From Microbotryum violaceum (lineage: Eukaryota), in NCBI GenBank assembly GCA_001244265.2, contig CDLV01000010.1:124001-188000 (forward strand): DNA of 64,000 nucleotides, in the 5' to 3' direction. The translations under genes and the position numbers were made by a program. Shown here one piece after another: positions 27,078 to 40,961 of the stretch. Position 1 is the first letter of the stretch. Every line of letters begins with the position of its first letter. The notes beneath the pieces are model-generated. The model saw nothing but the letters and a program-made list of their open reading frames with translations, was not told the origin of the DNA and made no database searches.

Positions 27078-28493
27078 ATGCGGCTTTTCACTGTCCTCTC
27101 GGTCGTTGGTGGGGTACTTCCTGGTGGACTAATTGCCTCCGCCTCCGCCTCGGGTGTGCACGGTCATCGTCACGCCCTATCTCCTCGGGGCGCCTCGACA
27201 CTAACCCATGGCACCGAGCTGCCTGCTAGGTGGAAGCCCTGTGGACTCCAGCACAAGTCTAGCGATGGAGCTGCGAAACGATCGTGAGTCGCCTAATGTA
27301 GAATTCGCTCTACCGTTGTATTGAAGATTGGCCTTTAATTTGAAGACTGAGCCGTGGTCACAAGCACAAGTTTTCGGAGAAGCTGCGACATCCAGCCGGG
27401 ATCGACCTGCCCACTGCCATCGGATCCGAAAAGTTGAAAGACAAGATCCAGGTTCAGCTTCACTGGCATGTCATTCACAAGGGTCAGAGTAAGTGAAATC
27501 AGAGCTTCACCTGTCTAGGAAAATTTCAATCAATCTCTGACGCGTGCTATGCCCGATGCAACGTTCGCCGGCTCAGCTGCCCAGGAAGGCTTCCTCAGCA
27601 CCGAGCTGATCCACCAGCAAATCGCGGTCGTCAACTCCATTTTCACCGCCAGTGGGCTGCCCATGAACATCAACCTTGCTCAAACCACGTACACCAACAA
27701 CCCAACTTGGTTCAATTACGGCGGCGATTTCGATAGTCAGACTGAACGCGAGGTCATCAAGAGTTTACGGGTCGGAGGTGCAGCGGATATCAACGTCTTC
27801 ACCGTACGCAAACCTCGCGATGGCCAGGTTCCGATCATGGGTCAGTGTAATACGACTATCCTAACAGTAACGGGGTTGATTCCTCTCTTATGTTCCCCAC
27901 ACCCCACTCCTCGACGTCCTTCAAGTTCCAGGAAAGAAGCACGTCCACTGACTCGAGACATGCTCATCATTGGACAGGATACGGAACAATGCCGCAACAA
28001 GTCAAGAACTTCTTTTACCTGGACGCCATCTTCCTCGCTTTCGATGCGTTGCCGCGATTCAGCTCTGAAGGGGGTGAAGTTTTGCAAGGGAAGGCTTTAG
28101 CGCAGTAAGATCTGACACCTTCCAATCCGCGCCCTATCATTTCTTCGATCCCGCATTGACCTTGTGAGGCATTCGCGTGACAGTGAGGTCGGACATCACA
28201 TCCTGGGACTACAACACACCTTCCAAGGGGGCTGTTCACCTATAAATGACGGTATTGCCGACACGCCGCCTCAACGTTACCAAACGCTAGGGTGCGAGTA
28301 CAACGCGGCGGCGCAGTGCCAAGCAGGCGTACCTTACGTTGCTCACGGCAACGATCCTAAAGCGAAATTGTCCTTCAATTTGATGGATTACTCGAACGAA
28401 GCGTGCCGAGGAGGTCTCACTCCAGGTCAAGTAGCTGCTGGACTTGAAAATTGGTACCGCTACCGCGCGCAGAACGCTTCAATGAAAGGTTGA
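27078..28493 (+). CDS. Secreted M43 (pappalysin/ulilysin-like) zinc metalloprotease, divergent paralog 1
   Basis: Signal peptide MRLFTVLSVVGG, pro-domain Cys (KPCG), IQVQLHWHVI, LRVGGAADINVF, spliced HEVGHHILGLQHTFQGGC, DGIADTPPQ, Met-turn NLMDYS. Confidence 0.87.
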
Positions 28494-29081
28494 GGGGACA
28501 GGAAGGCCCCGCGACGAGCAACTTCTTACTAAGCACACAGTGAATGGCTGCCACTAGATCGCATCTTAAAGACTTTTATCGTATCACTCAAAAATTGTTG
28601 AAGCAGCGTATTTTCGCTAGGATCACGAGTTGATCCTCAACATTACTAGCTACTTTGCATTGTCACGCGGTGCCATTTCCGAGCCCCGCGCGGCTGAGCT
28701 CGAGGTCATTTATCTGAGAGCATCCACTAGCGCCATACCCGGGACTTCAACTTCGTACCAGTGTCCACAAGAGGCGTCATTTGAAAGGCTGTGATTCAGA
28801 ACGGTTAGCAGAGAAACCCTCGGCAGTTTTCGCTTTGTCTACGGGCGGAATGTGCAACAGTGACTCCATGGACCCCTCTCTCACCGCTGTATACCTATTA
28901 GTTCACCTCCTACCTTTTTATACGACCGAATCTCTTTGTGCTGATGCTGGACTCATCGCTTCATTTATAAGAAAAGGTCTCTCATGCACTTATCGAATTC
29001 CGCCAAGACGCTACGCTACATTCAACCACCTTCCCCCTCTCTCTCTCCTTCACTCCCAACCCAACCCATCCCACTCCTCAC

Positions 29082-31013
29082 TCACTCCTCCATCTCCTCC
29101 GCTCTTTCACCAACCATCCTAACAACCACTTCCCTAACCCTATCTTTCCCCCCCAATTCACTCCTACAAACCTCACTAACCCTCTTCTCCACCTCCGCAC
29201 ATTCCATCAACGTTAATCGATCCGGTAAACCCAATACCACATCGACCAATAAACTCGGTCCGGAAGCCATCACTCGAATGGAAAGGATACTCAAGATGGG
29301 AAAAGTTCCTTCTAGTTCAGCTTCGGACGCTTCGGGTGCGTGGAGAGAATGATCCTCGGAGGAAAGGTTGGAAAGGTTACCACCTGTTGAAGGGGAGGAG
29401 AGGGAGGAGGAGGAAAGTTGGGTGTAAGGTGGTAGAGAAGGGAGGGAAGGGTCGCGTAATTTGAGAATGGCGGAATGGATTCGAGGTGGGAGGGAAGGGT
29501 CCGTGGCTTGGTCTATTGTAGAGTGGGTGAAAACGGACATAGATGAGGTAAGTCGGGTGCCGACTTTGTTCCCACTTGGGGAAAGTTCTCTGAGCTGGCG
29601 CACTCACCGACTAGCTCTTTGAGCGCCGTCACTCCAACTCCAGCACCTTGCTTCAGGATCATGCCCGAAACCAATAGACCGCCCAAAGGATCCAAAACAG
29701 GGAACCCAAAGTACGCTCCCGCAATAGCTCCAACAGCAACGAGGGACCCGAACGCGTCCGAACGATGATGCAACGCGTTAGCGAGAAGGACGTTGGAATG
29801 TTCAGATTTGGCAACTTTGAGCGTCGCGCGGTAAAGGTATTCCTTGACGACGATCGATCCTGCTGCGAACCACATGGCACGAGGATCCACGATCTCGGCT
29901 TCACCGGAGGAGCCGTGGTGGTCGTGGGAATGGTCCGAGACACCGCCGTGGGAATGGCCGTGCGGGAAAAGGTCGAGTGAGGCGAGTAGCTCCGGATTCA
30001 TGTTGGGCATCGTGGCTAGGGTCGTCAAGAGAAGGTGGTACGAATGAAGACCTAAAAGACAGAATTTGGTGGGTTTAGTGCTTTGGCACTATTCACACAT
30101 TCTTCGCTGGAGCCGAACTTGCCGATTCCGAGCGCGGTGCCGATCAAGAGGATTGAGACTACCAAGGATCCCACCGATTCGTACTCTGCCGACAGTTGCG
30201 GAAAAGATAAGTCCTTCAACCCTTTTCGGATCTGCCAGATCATTTGCACTCACTTCCGTAACCATACGGGTACTTGACGCTAACGGGTTTTCGACTCATG
30301 CGATAGGTCGTCAACGTCACAATATCCGCCAACAAATCACTCCCACTATGAGCCGCATCGGCAAGCAAAGCCGCTGAACCGAGGATCCAGCCTGCGACAC
30401 CTTTGACGGCGGTGAGGCCGACGTTGGCACCGAGACCGATGAGGGTGATGCGTGAGCCCGGGTCGGAGGAGCCGCGTAGAGCTGATAGGAGAGCGGCGGC
30501 TTCTTCGGCGTGGTCACCGTGCGAGTGCGAGTGAGAGTGCGAGTGCGAGTGTGAATGCGACAAGGGCGGCTTCCCACTCGACGTGGATCCCTGCTGACCG
30601 GCAGCCGAGGTGGAGGAAGGTGGAGTTGCTGAGGAAGGAGCCTCGGAGGCGTTGGTACTGAGGTTGCGAGAGGGGCGTTTCCTTAGTTGGGTTGACATGA
30701 TGTGCAATTCGGTGGTGGGTCCAGTTGAAGATAGGTGACGTGTTTGACCCAAAAAGACGACGAGGATGGGTGTAGATGTCTGCAGGTACGAGGGGGACCT
30801 AGCGAGGCCGTTGACGTGTCCGTGTCCGAGGCCGATGCTACCGCGGGCCCGGGCGTGGGCGCGGAGGTTGATTGATCGCGCAGAGCCAAAGGCAGAGGCA
30901 GAGGCGCAAGTGAGCCGGCGCTGAATCAGAAGCAGGGCGGCGGCACTCGTGAATGACCGCGTCTTGGCGAGGAACGCAGAGGTGATGGCGTGACGAGTCG
31001 AGAGCACGAGCAT
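29082..31013 (-). CDS. Cation diffusion facilitator, mitochondrial iron exporter MMT1/MMT2-like, multi-exon
   Basis: Arg/Ser/Ala-rich presequence, (HS)n tract, TM motifs LLADAAHSGSDLLAD, YPYGYGKYE and LANALHHRSDAFGS, and C-terminal dimerisation domain IRVMASGPSLLVDV. Confidence 0.9.
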
Positions 31014-31396
31014 AAAAAGCGCCCCGTTACTTGGGCAGGCCAGGTCAGGAGAGAGTTACGGTCGGCCGTCGAACACACCGCACAGCTTGAGAGGGGCCTG
31101 AGAGCAAAAGGGGCCAAGCCACGCGGCGCGGAGACGAAAGGCCCGTGGGCGGCGCGTGGGGGCTCATGGGGGCAGGTGGGGGCGGGGGGGAGCAATTCAT
31201 AATGAGCCGCGCCAGCAGTTTGTAATGCGCGCTTTCCACTGGATTGCCCTCGAATTGACTGGGCGACGTCGTGTGGGTAGTGGGTGGCTCTTCGTGCGCG
31301 TGCTTGCTCCTTGTGTCACGACGCGCGCATTGCGGACACCTCCCATCATCCACCACCCGGACACAGGCATTGCTGGCCCACGCATCCGTCGACAAG

Positions 31397-34286
31397 ATGA
31401 TGCAATCGTTGATGGGTGGCTATGCGGGGACGAGTAACGCTGCGCCTGCGACTGCACCACCCGGAGGCCATTCAACAGCCGCGAGCGCGATCGCCGAGGT
31501 GCCTCCGACATGATGTCGCACTCTTACAAAAGCAGATCACCACTGAATATGAGCGTTTGTACTCCATAGCATCTGTCAACACCCTCAACATTGACACGTA
31601 TGCCGTTGCTACGCCAGCGGATCCAAAAGGAGCGCGCTTCGTTGCAGACGTCCCTGTCCGCGAGGGGCAAGGAACAGATCGATGCTATGAGAGAAGGACT
31701 GCACGGATTGAAAGAGGTCAGTTCAGACGCTGTTGTGATTATGCTGGCATGCGGGAGCGAGCATTGCTCATTCCGGGTTCGAGCTCCCCCTCCCCCTCCA
31801 CGTCTACCGTTTACGTGGGATGCGCAGGCCAAAGCTACAATCGAAACCATCAAGGAAGGAATGAAGGACGTAGAACACAACATGTCCGATCCAAGAGGTC
31901 AAATACCAGGATTCGGCAAGCTCGTTCAGGTGGGTGTCCCAGACCGGTTCTCCGTCCCCAGACGAGCCACGAGCTGATGGAGACTCGTCCCTGGTCTCCA
32001 GCTCTCGGTCATCCATCGACGGTTCACTCAAGCACTGGAAACCGCGACCGCGCTGAGGTCCATGTATACGCGTCTATCCCACATTTCGTCCCTACTCTCG
32101 ACCGACCGAGCCGATCCACTCGGACCGGCACCGAACCTGCTCCCCATCCACTACCACTTGACCGAGCTCGAGACCTTCCGCAACGAAACCCTGACCCAAG
32201 CCAAACGATCGCGGTGTCAACCCGAGACGATGCGTACCCTCGAAGCCTACTTTGAGCGACTTTCAGAAACGATCGAAGCCTTCGAAGCGCACTACTTTCG
32301 TATCGCACGGGAACTGCTCGAACTTTCAAGACGCGGCCACGCCTCGGTCGCGGTCAAGGTCGCCAAGATTGCTGAAGTTGAAGGTGCAAGGGACCAGAAA
32401 GCGATCGCGATCAGGATGGTCAAGAAAGCGGGCACGCTCGACGTTGCTTCGAGGTTCAAGAGTCTTCAAGCCGATGCCCGCATCATTAAGCATTATCGGG
32501 CCAAGGTCATGGATGCGATCAAGGATGCGTGTCGGACTGAAATTGAACGCAGTTATGCGAGGCATAACGACAATGGAATGGCCTGGCTCGATGACCTGGA
32601 TTGGATCTATGACAGTCTGTTGACCGTGGAGAAGGACTTGGCGCCAGGATTCCCACCGGATTGGAAGGTGAGCTTACGATAGGAGGCTTCATCTGAACCC
32701 CTCGCACGGGCACTGATGTTCAACCATCGGCAAGCTTGCAGATCTTTTCGGTCTAGTAAGGACATGCGTCTTGGCGAGCCTGTACTAGCGGATCTTGAGC
32801 CAGAGCTGATGTGTTCTCCTTTTCCAACCACGCCTGCAGCGTCAAAGGGTACCACAAGGCCTTGTACGACTTTTTGCAAACCTACGTCAAGGCCGGGCCC
32901 GATGCCGGCTCACTGCTACGACTCTCGCAGTTCGTCAAAGAGTATCAAAAGACGATGGTCACCGAGCTCGATGTCCCCGTCGAATGGGTCACCCCACCCC
33001 TACTCGACGGCCGCGAGGCGCAACTCATTGAGGACTATGCGTTGCTCGTCGTCAAGAAAATGGACGAATGGACCGCGAACTTGATGAAGACTGAGGTCGA
33101 CGAATTCGTCAAGCGTGAACAACCTCCTGAAATCGACCCCGACGGTCAATACGGGATGCAAGGTGCCGTCATCCTTTTCCAAATGCTGAATCAACAGATC
33201 GACCTCTCGCTCGATTCGAATCAGGGTTCGATCCTCTTGCGCATCGTACAAGAAGCGAGCCGAGTCATGCGTGACGTCCAAAGGCAATGGTTGACCTTGC
33301 TCGACCAAGAGTACAAACGTCAAGTCGAAGCCAAGAACCCGGACGAAGTGCCTGGCGGTTTGGTCGAATACGTCATGGCCTTAGCGAACGACCAGATCCG
33401 TTCGGCCGATTTCACCGAGGTGCTCAACAATCGCCTTGAACCGCTCGTATCCAAAAAGTACAAGACCGCGATCGCGGACAAGCTCAATGACGCAATGGAC
33501 GGCTACCTTGATGTCGCGAAGCGTTGCGTACAGGTCCTGATCGACGTCGTGTTCAATGATCTCAAGCCGGCGACGAAGGCGTTGCTGACCCAATCATGGT
33601 ACGACAAACACTCTGCCGATAGCCCCGCCGATCCCGTAACCTTGATTGTCGAGACCCTTCGAGACTACATCGCCGAAGACTACCAAACCCATCTGAACCC
33701 TAACCTCTTTGAGCTACTGATCGAAGACATCATCGACACGTACCTCATCACCTACATCGTCGCGATTAAGAAGTGCTCCAAGCTACGCATCCCGGCGGCG
33801 TTGGATCGTATTCGGGAAGATATCACCAAGTCGAGGGAGTTCTTTGGCGCGTACAAGAGCAAGAAGGAGTTGGATGAATACTTTGATGTCTTGGAGAGCA
33901 TTTTGACGTTGATGAGTGCGAGTAAGATGATGGTTATCCTTGATGTGAGTCTGGAACCGTCTTCCGTCTTTGCGCTTGCTGTTGGGTTCGGTGGGCTGAT
34001 CGTAACTGTTTTCACCCCATAGTACTCTGCGTTCAAGAAGCGGTACGGAGCAAACGTCGCGTTCGTCGAAGGCCTCCTCAAGGCTCGCGACGATCTCGAT
34101 CGCTCCGCAACGAACGACATCATGGAAAGCGTCAAGCGAAAAGGTGCGCATCGCCGACCAGCCTGGGCCATCTTGTTCGTTATCCTTACTGACGCACGGG
34201 CCCTCATTGTCATGCGCACAGCCGCTCAAGACGCGGGTGGTGACCCCGATCAACCTTCCATATTTTCTCGCTTGCCCGCCAAGTGA
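31397..34286 (+). CDS. SEC6: Exocyst complex subunit Sec6, multi-exon
   Basis: RIQKERASL...KEQIDAMREGL, PNLLPIHYHLTELETFRNE, FPPDWK, EIDPDGQYGMQGAVILFQMLNQQID, EYVMALANDQIRSADF; ends ...PSIFSRLPAK-stop at 34286. Confidence 0.92.
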
Positions 34287-34405
34287 TCTTCTGCGACTCT
34301 TTCGCTGTCTCACGAGCAGCATTCATTGCGTCTTGACCCCATGTTGTCATTTTATTTTGACGGATAACGCTGTTTCACTTGCATTTCTAACCAGTATAAT
34401 TCCCA

Positions 34406-37400
34406 TTACTCGACCTTGGCCTTCCTCTGACTCTTATCCGGCAAGATCTGCGCCGTCTCATCAATCTTCCTAAACTGCCAAGGCCATCGAGAAGGGTACA
34501 AAAATGGTCTCAAATCGGCCCTATTATCATCGCACGTATACGCCTCGGCATGATAACTCGGCGTGATCGTCGTCATCTTGTGACGATTGCGCGCGTACTC
34601 GAAGAAGAATAACTTGACTTTATCCGCGATTTCGAAGGGACTGAGTTTATAACCCCAGAGAGAAATCAGTTTAGTGTACATGGCGTAAGGACCGAGTTTT
34701 TCAATCTTGCGGAGACGACCGTAGATGGAAAGTTCGTCGTAAGTCATGCCCATGTCCGCTTCGTCGGCTTGAACGTAGTCCTCGGTGATGGGTTCTAGTT
34801 CGGCCGTTGGGGTCGCCTTCAAGAATCTGTAAGCGGACCAAAGCATTATGTCAGTGTGTGCATTGTAGTAAACAAAACCTCCGTCGTTGGAGTGTGGACT
34901 CTGTGACTCACTCGGCCAAAATGGGCAGATCGAATGCCGTTTCGGCGTAAGCGATGAATTTCTTGAGGTCCGTTTTCGAGATGGCGCCAATCGGGTTCAC
35001 GTCCGCGCTCGAACAATCATACTTGGTCAAGTACCCTCGAAGGCTGTCAATTTGCCGATGCACTCTCTGCTCAGTTTTGAAACATCCTTTTCCGTTTTAA
35101 AGAGCAGCAAGGTCCTAACTTACCTCTCATCAACGTTGGCGCTGCCCAAGACAAGTAAACCACCAGTTGAACCCCTAACCCATGGCAACAGTTGCGCAAA
35201 AAGATAAGCCAACAACATGCGCAACCTCGCTTGGATGTTCTGCAACGCTAGGTTCTCTCCGTTCGTGCCTCCGTGAGCTCGGAACTCGGGCTTCTTGTTC
35301 GTCACGAGGAGGAACAACGAACGAATCGAGGTAATGACGGTGTCCATGTTGAGATCGACGTGGTAACTGTGCATGTTTGAACCTCTTTCAGATAAGTCTT
35401 CGCCCTTCCTGAACGACCAACTCAAGTCTCAACACGCACCTCCCAATCGCCTCCGCCAAATCCTTGGCCCTCTTCCTCGTTTCAATGCTCGAGTTCTCCG
35501 TCCCCATATAACACGTATGAAAGATCCTACCACAAAATTCCCTCGCGTCGACGGGGACGTATTCCGAGTCAGGTTTTTCACCAACAATCCTCCTCGCGTC
35601 TTGAATGACGAGTTCGTTACCGAGCGCGGATTCTTTGATCACGAGAAGACACATCGAGTAAACGATGGTAGCGGTCGCGCATGAATCGATGCCACCGCTT
35701 AGAGGGACAAAGTAACCCTGGGTGCGTGATCGACGGAGGTAGTCCCATAACCAACATGCGGGGCCGAGACTAGTGGGATGGGTTGGGACAGCGAAAGGAT
35801 CAGCTGGAGCGTGACTTTAAACCCGGTTGCAAAAGCTGAACTCACGCAATCTCCTCCTCGGGTGTATGGTACTTGAACTCGCCTTTACCCATCAACTCGG
35901 TATCGGTCAACTCCTCATTCTGATCAGCACAGGCGAGCCACATCGCACACCTGATGAATGGGTAAGGTTTGCTCGCGGCAGCTTGCACGCTCCTCGAACT
36001 CCCACTTCGATGGTGCCTCACTTCTTGGATATCGACGGTTGCTGTAACGACCTCGACGTCATTGAGAGAGAATTGCGAACCTTGGGCAACCACTTTTCCA
36101 TTGAGGGCGATGAAAGAACAGCCGTCGTAATAGAGGCGATCGCCGTCGCAGCCTTGTTGGTTCGCGTAGAGGTACAACCCTCCCGACTGTTGATGAATTT
36201 TTTGAGCGTCAGCGGTATTTTATGTTGCATGAGATGCGAAGAAAGACTTACTTTAAGGGTCGCTTCTTTGATCAAGTCGATACGAGTCGAAAGCTTGCGC
36301 AGTTCGTGGTGACTGGCGCTCGAATTGGTGAAAATTTCGACTCCAGCGAGTCCCATGTCGATGTGGGGTCTGGAGCGTGAACAAGAAGAGCTCAGTTATG
36401 ATGAATGAGCTCGGAACGGGCAATCATCGTGTTGTCATCCAACTTACGCATTCGGAGTGAACAATTCCTCGCACATTTCGACTCCGATGCAAGTATCTGG
36501 AGCGGCCACGACTGCGTCTCCAAACGGAGCGGTCGTCTGTGAGTCGAGGACAGGCGTCTGAGTCGGTGTTGAGTCTTGAACGAGCTCAGAACGTAAAGGC
36601 CACGCACCTGACCCGTGATTTGCGCTATCATCCACGGCAGCCAAAATTCCTCGGTCGTTCTCGGCTTCATCCAAGGTGCGAACCACCTCGGTTCGCGGTA
36701 GTTGCCGTCGTTGGCGAGCCACATCTTGGGTCGGATGAGCAAAATCTTTCGGTTGTAAAAGATAATGCGGCAATTGTAGAGGACGTTATTGTGTGAGACG
36801 GGCCTGCAAAATCGTCCAGAGGTGTCAAATCGACGCGGCTGCAAGAGTCGAAAGCCAGATCAGGAGGGGTCCAATTAGCGGGGACGACGCACATGCCAAC
36901 ATCGACGATCATGTCTTGACAGTCATCGGATTCAAGAATCTTGTGCAGAACCTCCCAAGCATGCCAGCCCGTATCGCCTGTAATGTAGACCAGATTCCAA
37001 CGTTGGTGAGCAGGTTGAATGAGCCGCGGGCGCCCGTTTCACCACACTGACCTTCCAAGAAGTGATCCTGGCAGCCATATCCACTATGTCAAAAAGGGCA
37101 CATGTGTAAGTGAGTCATGATCGGCGACGTGCGGCGCACAAGATGACTTGAGACGCACGTGATCTCGAGTTCAGGGCCAATCCGGAGCTTGGCACCTCGT
37201 TGCTTGGCGATCCGGATACTCTCGAGAATGCGTTCGAGGTTGCCTGTATTGGTTCGTGTCAGCTATTGATGCTAGAAAGCAAAGATCGTGCAGTAGGGCC
37301 GGCTAGAGCTGAGCGATGACTGACCGTCAAAGTCGAGCGCCCACTGGTTCAGCGAACAAGTCGCTACAGTAATCGGATTGGGCACTGCGAAACACGCCGG

Positions 37401-37470
37401 ACGTCAGTCACGAGCAAACAATAAGCATTGTTTCGATTCATCACGATCTTTCTGAGATGAGACGCTTACT
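34406..37470 (-). CDS. QNS1: Glutamine-dependent NAD+ synthetase, multi-exon
   Basis: [40 protein letters not shown] (nitrilase Cys), [70 protein letters not shown]. Confidence 0.96.
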
Positions 37471-37791
37471 CTTTCTAGGCGCAAATTCGCGTCGTTCAAT
37501 GTGGCGCAGGCGCGTCGAGAGGGAGAGCGAGAACGATCTCGGATGTGGCTCAGTCCGGGGTCGGTCGCCGCATGATTTTACAGGAATCTTATCGGATCAT
37601 CACACCTAGCGATCGATGCAAGTTTAAAAAGTATATCAAAAGGCGCCCACGTTGGTCAGTACCACCTCTTCGGGGATACCGCATGTTTCCAAGCAACCAT
37701 CGACCGACGATACATCTCACTTCCCTCCGAAGCGTCCACACTAGCGCCTCAAAAAAGCAATTTTCAATGCAACACAAAAAAAACCGTCTCT

Positions 37792-40700
37792 CTATGCTAC
37801 CGAAAACGCACTCCTATTATTTCCCACTTCCAAAGCCGCCAGACTGGCCAACCTGACTTGATCAAGGTAATCGCTAATCAGGTTCGTTCGCTCACCCACG
37901 AATTCGAGGTAAAGTTGCGTTCGTTCGTCCGCTACGAGGTTGGCGAGCTCGAAGCAGCGTTGCAGCGAGCTGCGTATGAGACGAGGATGAAGAAAGGTCA
38001 GTCAGGGACTCGAACAAGTATTCAAGATTTAAGCACGTACGAGGGAAGGATCTCGTGAGAGTCGTAGAGGGTGAAGTGCAGACGCAAGACGAGGTGAGGG
38101 ATCACGAGTTGTCGGATCCGCGCGAGTTCGGCGAGTCGCCTCGGGGCTGTACACGATAAATCCGACATCAGCATTCTTCACGGACAACATCAATCGGATG
38201 GTCATGAGACCCACTGTCCAGGTTTCCATCGCTGAGCGGTAGGTCGAACTTGAGCCAGTCCGAGTTGAGCAGCAGAACCGTCGAATCGTAAAAGTCATCG
38301 ATGAGGGTCTGCACGGGTGAAAGGAGGGCGTCAGATCAAGCAACGGGTACTGCATCGAAACAAAGAGTCCGCTTACTGCGATCCCATCTTTGAAAGCATT
38401 CTGCTCGAGTTTCGGTGCGCTGTGAGGAAATTATCGACCCTCGAGTCAGCTGCCGCTTCTTCGACTGGAGCACACCTCGGGAGTACTAACTTTGTTCTCG
38501 GCTTCCTACTCCACACCTCGGCCCACTTTGTATGCTTCTCCAAGCAAGCAAACAAGCTCGTGTAATCCAAAAACTCTCTTATCTGCGCATCGTGATCTTC
38601 GCCCTCCTTCTCGACCACTTGAGCTGCCTCGACAGGTAACAAGTCGGCGGGGAGTTGGAAGATTAGTTCCCTAGCGGCGTGAGGGAGGTCCGTTGAGAGG
38701 AAATAGCGCGTCAAGGCGTTCGCTTGCGTCAAAGCTTCGGAATAGGTGCGACGGTCAAAGGTCAACCATTCGAGACTGCGAATCAGCTCAAGTTGATGAG
38801 CGTCGATGCGTGCGTATGCGTCGAACGCTTCCGAAGATCCGAGTCGACGATCCTCGTTCAGTTCGGGCAATATGTCGTCCCTGACGTCTTGGAGCACCAA
38901 TTCGACGGTGCGGCAGGCGATCGCGGCGAGGTCGAGACCGTGTTCGCTCGCTTTGAGCAAGGCGACCTTACGCGATTGACGATCCGAGTCGGGCCCAAAG
39001 GTGAGGAGGAAGTGGGCGTAGGACTCGATCGCCGACGTCGAGTCAAGTTGGGACGCGTAGAAGGCAATCAGGGATTCGGATTGATCGTTCGCTTCAAGGA
39101 CGGAGATGTAGGCTTCAAGAATGCGATTCGCAGCGTGAGTGGGTAGGGGTTGCTTCAAAAGTCGCAAGACGAGGATGAGATGCGTAAAGAATCGCAGCAG
39201 GTGCGCCAGTGCTCTGTGAACGACCGATGCGATGGTCAGTCATATATCTGACGAGGTGCGCCGCTTTCGCAACCGCTGCTCCAAGCTCACTCTGGCTCCG
39301 TGTCCTGCGCCGCAACTTCCAGTCGCTCCACAAAGGTTGTTAACAGGTCCCCGATCTTGCCGACGATCAAATACGTCTGCGAAACGCGATACGGGTTCTT
39401 GCTTGCCTGCGCGACGTCCCCGCGTTCGAGTTTGAGTAACCGATCAAAAATCGATTCCAACTCGCTCCGTATCCCCCTTGCGGCGGGAGCGAGCAAGACG
39501 TCCTCGGGGTCGATGGTCGATTTGGCACTGCGGTTCTTCGAGTCGTCTATCGGTTGAACGCTGCCGTGGGACCAGTACCGTCCCGAATTTGAATGCAACA
39601 GGCCGGATTCTACGTGCGCTTCGAAGAGTGAATTGACGTGGACCCAGACAATGTCCTCCCACGAGCTGCAGACGGGTAGGACCGAGGTCGTGTCGCCCGA
39701 AATAGCGCCGTACAGGGCACGCTCGTAAGGGTCGAGATGGGGCTGCGTCGCGAGAAGTGGCAAGGTTTAGGCAAGTAACTCGGTGGCGGCGACTCGTTGG
39801 TTGACTCACCGAACTGGCCAATTTGCGACACATCATTTTCCATAGCTTCCTGTTGACGTTGCCGCTGATCTTGCTCCCGCCCTGCAGCAGCTCATCATCC
39901 ATAGCATCCTCATCCTCGCCAAAACCAGAATCACCCGAAGCGAGTGCTCGATCGTACGCGAGCTTACCACCCGAAAGCGATGCGGCTCGCCACGATTGGT
40001 CCGACTGTCGACACATGTCTATGGCCAAGTCGAGTTGACCCGCTCGGACGTACTCGAACAAGGATCGGAGGAGCGCCTTCTCGTAAGCCTGTGATTTCAC
40101 CAGCCGCGCGGTTGAACAAAGATCAGCTTCGGAACGTTTCATCATTCCTATCCTACCTCGTGGACTCACCGAATCATCCGATTCGAGTCTCCCCCCTGCA
40201 CCACCCTGTGCATTCTTGGCCTCTCGCAGCACGGCGTCGGGGTCGAGGTGTTGGACGATCCCGCGAGGCAGAGGTTGACCGGATCGTTTGGCCTGCTTGA
40301 TCTTGTTCTTGGTCCAGGGGAGGTAGCCCCGTCGTATTTCAGCTGGGTTCAGAGTCGTTGGAATCGAATGTAACCAATCTCGGATTGCCTGTTTAGCGGC
40401 ACAGTGGAGTTAGCTGCGGTTCAAGCCCGTCGCGGCTCTGGAGGTCGCGCGGCGGCCTGTTGCGATGAGACGTACAGAGAGTTCGACGAGTTGCTTATCA
40501 TGCTCTATCAGGTGTTGTGCGACGGACAAAGGTGGTGTGTACGGGTTGGCCGAGGTCGACGCAGCGTCGCTTGATGAAGCCGGTGATTCCGCGAGTCGTT
40601 CACTGATGATGAGACGTGCGGGTGAGATCAATTCATGTAGTTGGGGATGTATAGTCTGCACGGTAAGCCTCACGCATAGAGCGCCTGTACGAGCTGCCAT

Positions 40701-40961
40701 GTATTGCGCTCGAGCATCCACGAGTCGATCTGCTCTGTTCCCGACGCTTCTTGCTGAGATTCGAGTTGTTGCAGCCTGGGGGAAACAGACCGGATGTTGA
40801 GTACATGTGTTGAAAGATTGATCCGTGCACCGTGGCACTTACATGACATCGCATATCTGTGCCCAGCGCATCAGCAGTCCATCGTCCTCATCAAGCAGCG
40901 CGACCTGGCCCAACTGCGCCTGCTGCAACTGATCGCAGAACGCGAGATAGACGTCGTCCAT
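37792..40961 (-). CDS. NUP84: Nucleoporin Nup84/Nup107, multi-exon
   Basis: LFEYVRAGQLDLAIDMCRQSDQSWRAASLSGG, NRKLWKMMC, LDPYERALYGAISGD...VCSSWEDIVW, ILEAYISVLE...LIAFYASQL, LIRSLEWL, EALTQANALTRYFL. Confidence 0.9.

Noticed and set aside
30518..30560. (gagtgc)-like repeat as a non-coding microsatellite
   Set aside because: It encodes the His-Ser tract typical of CDF metal transporters.
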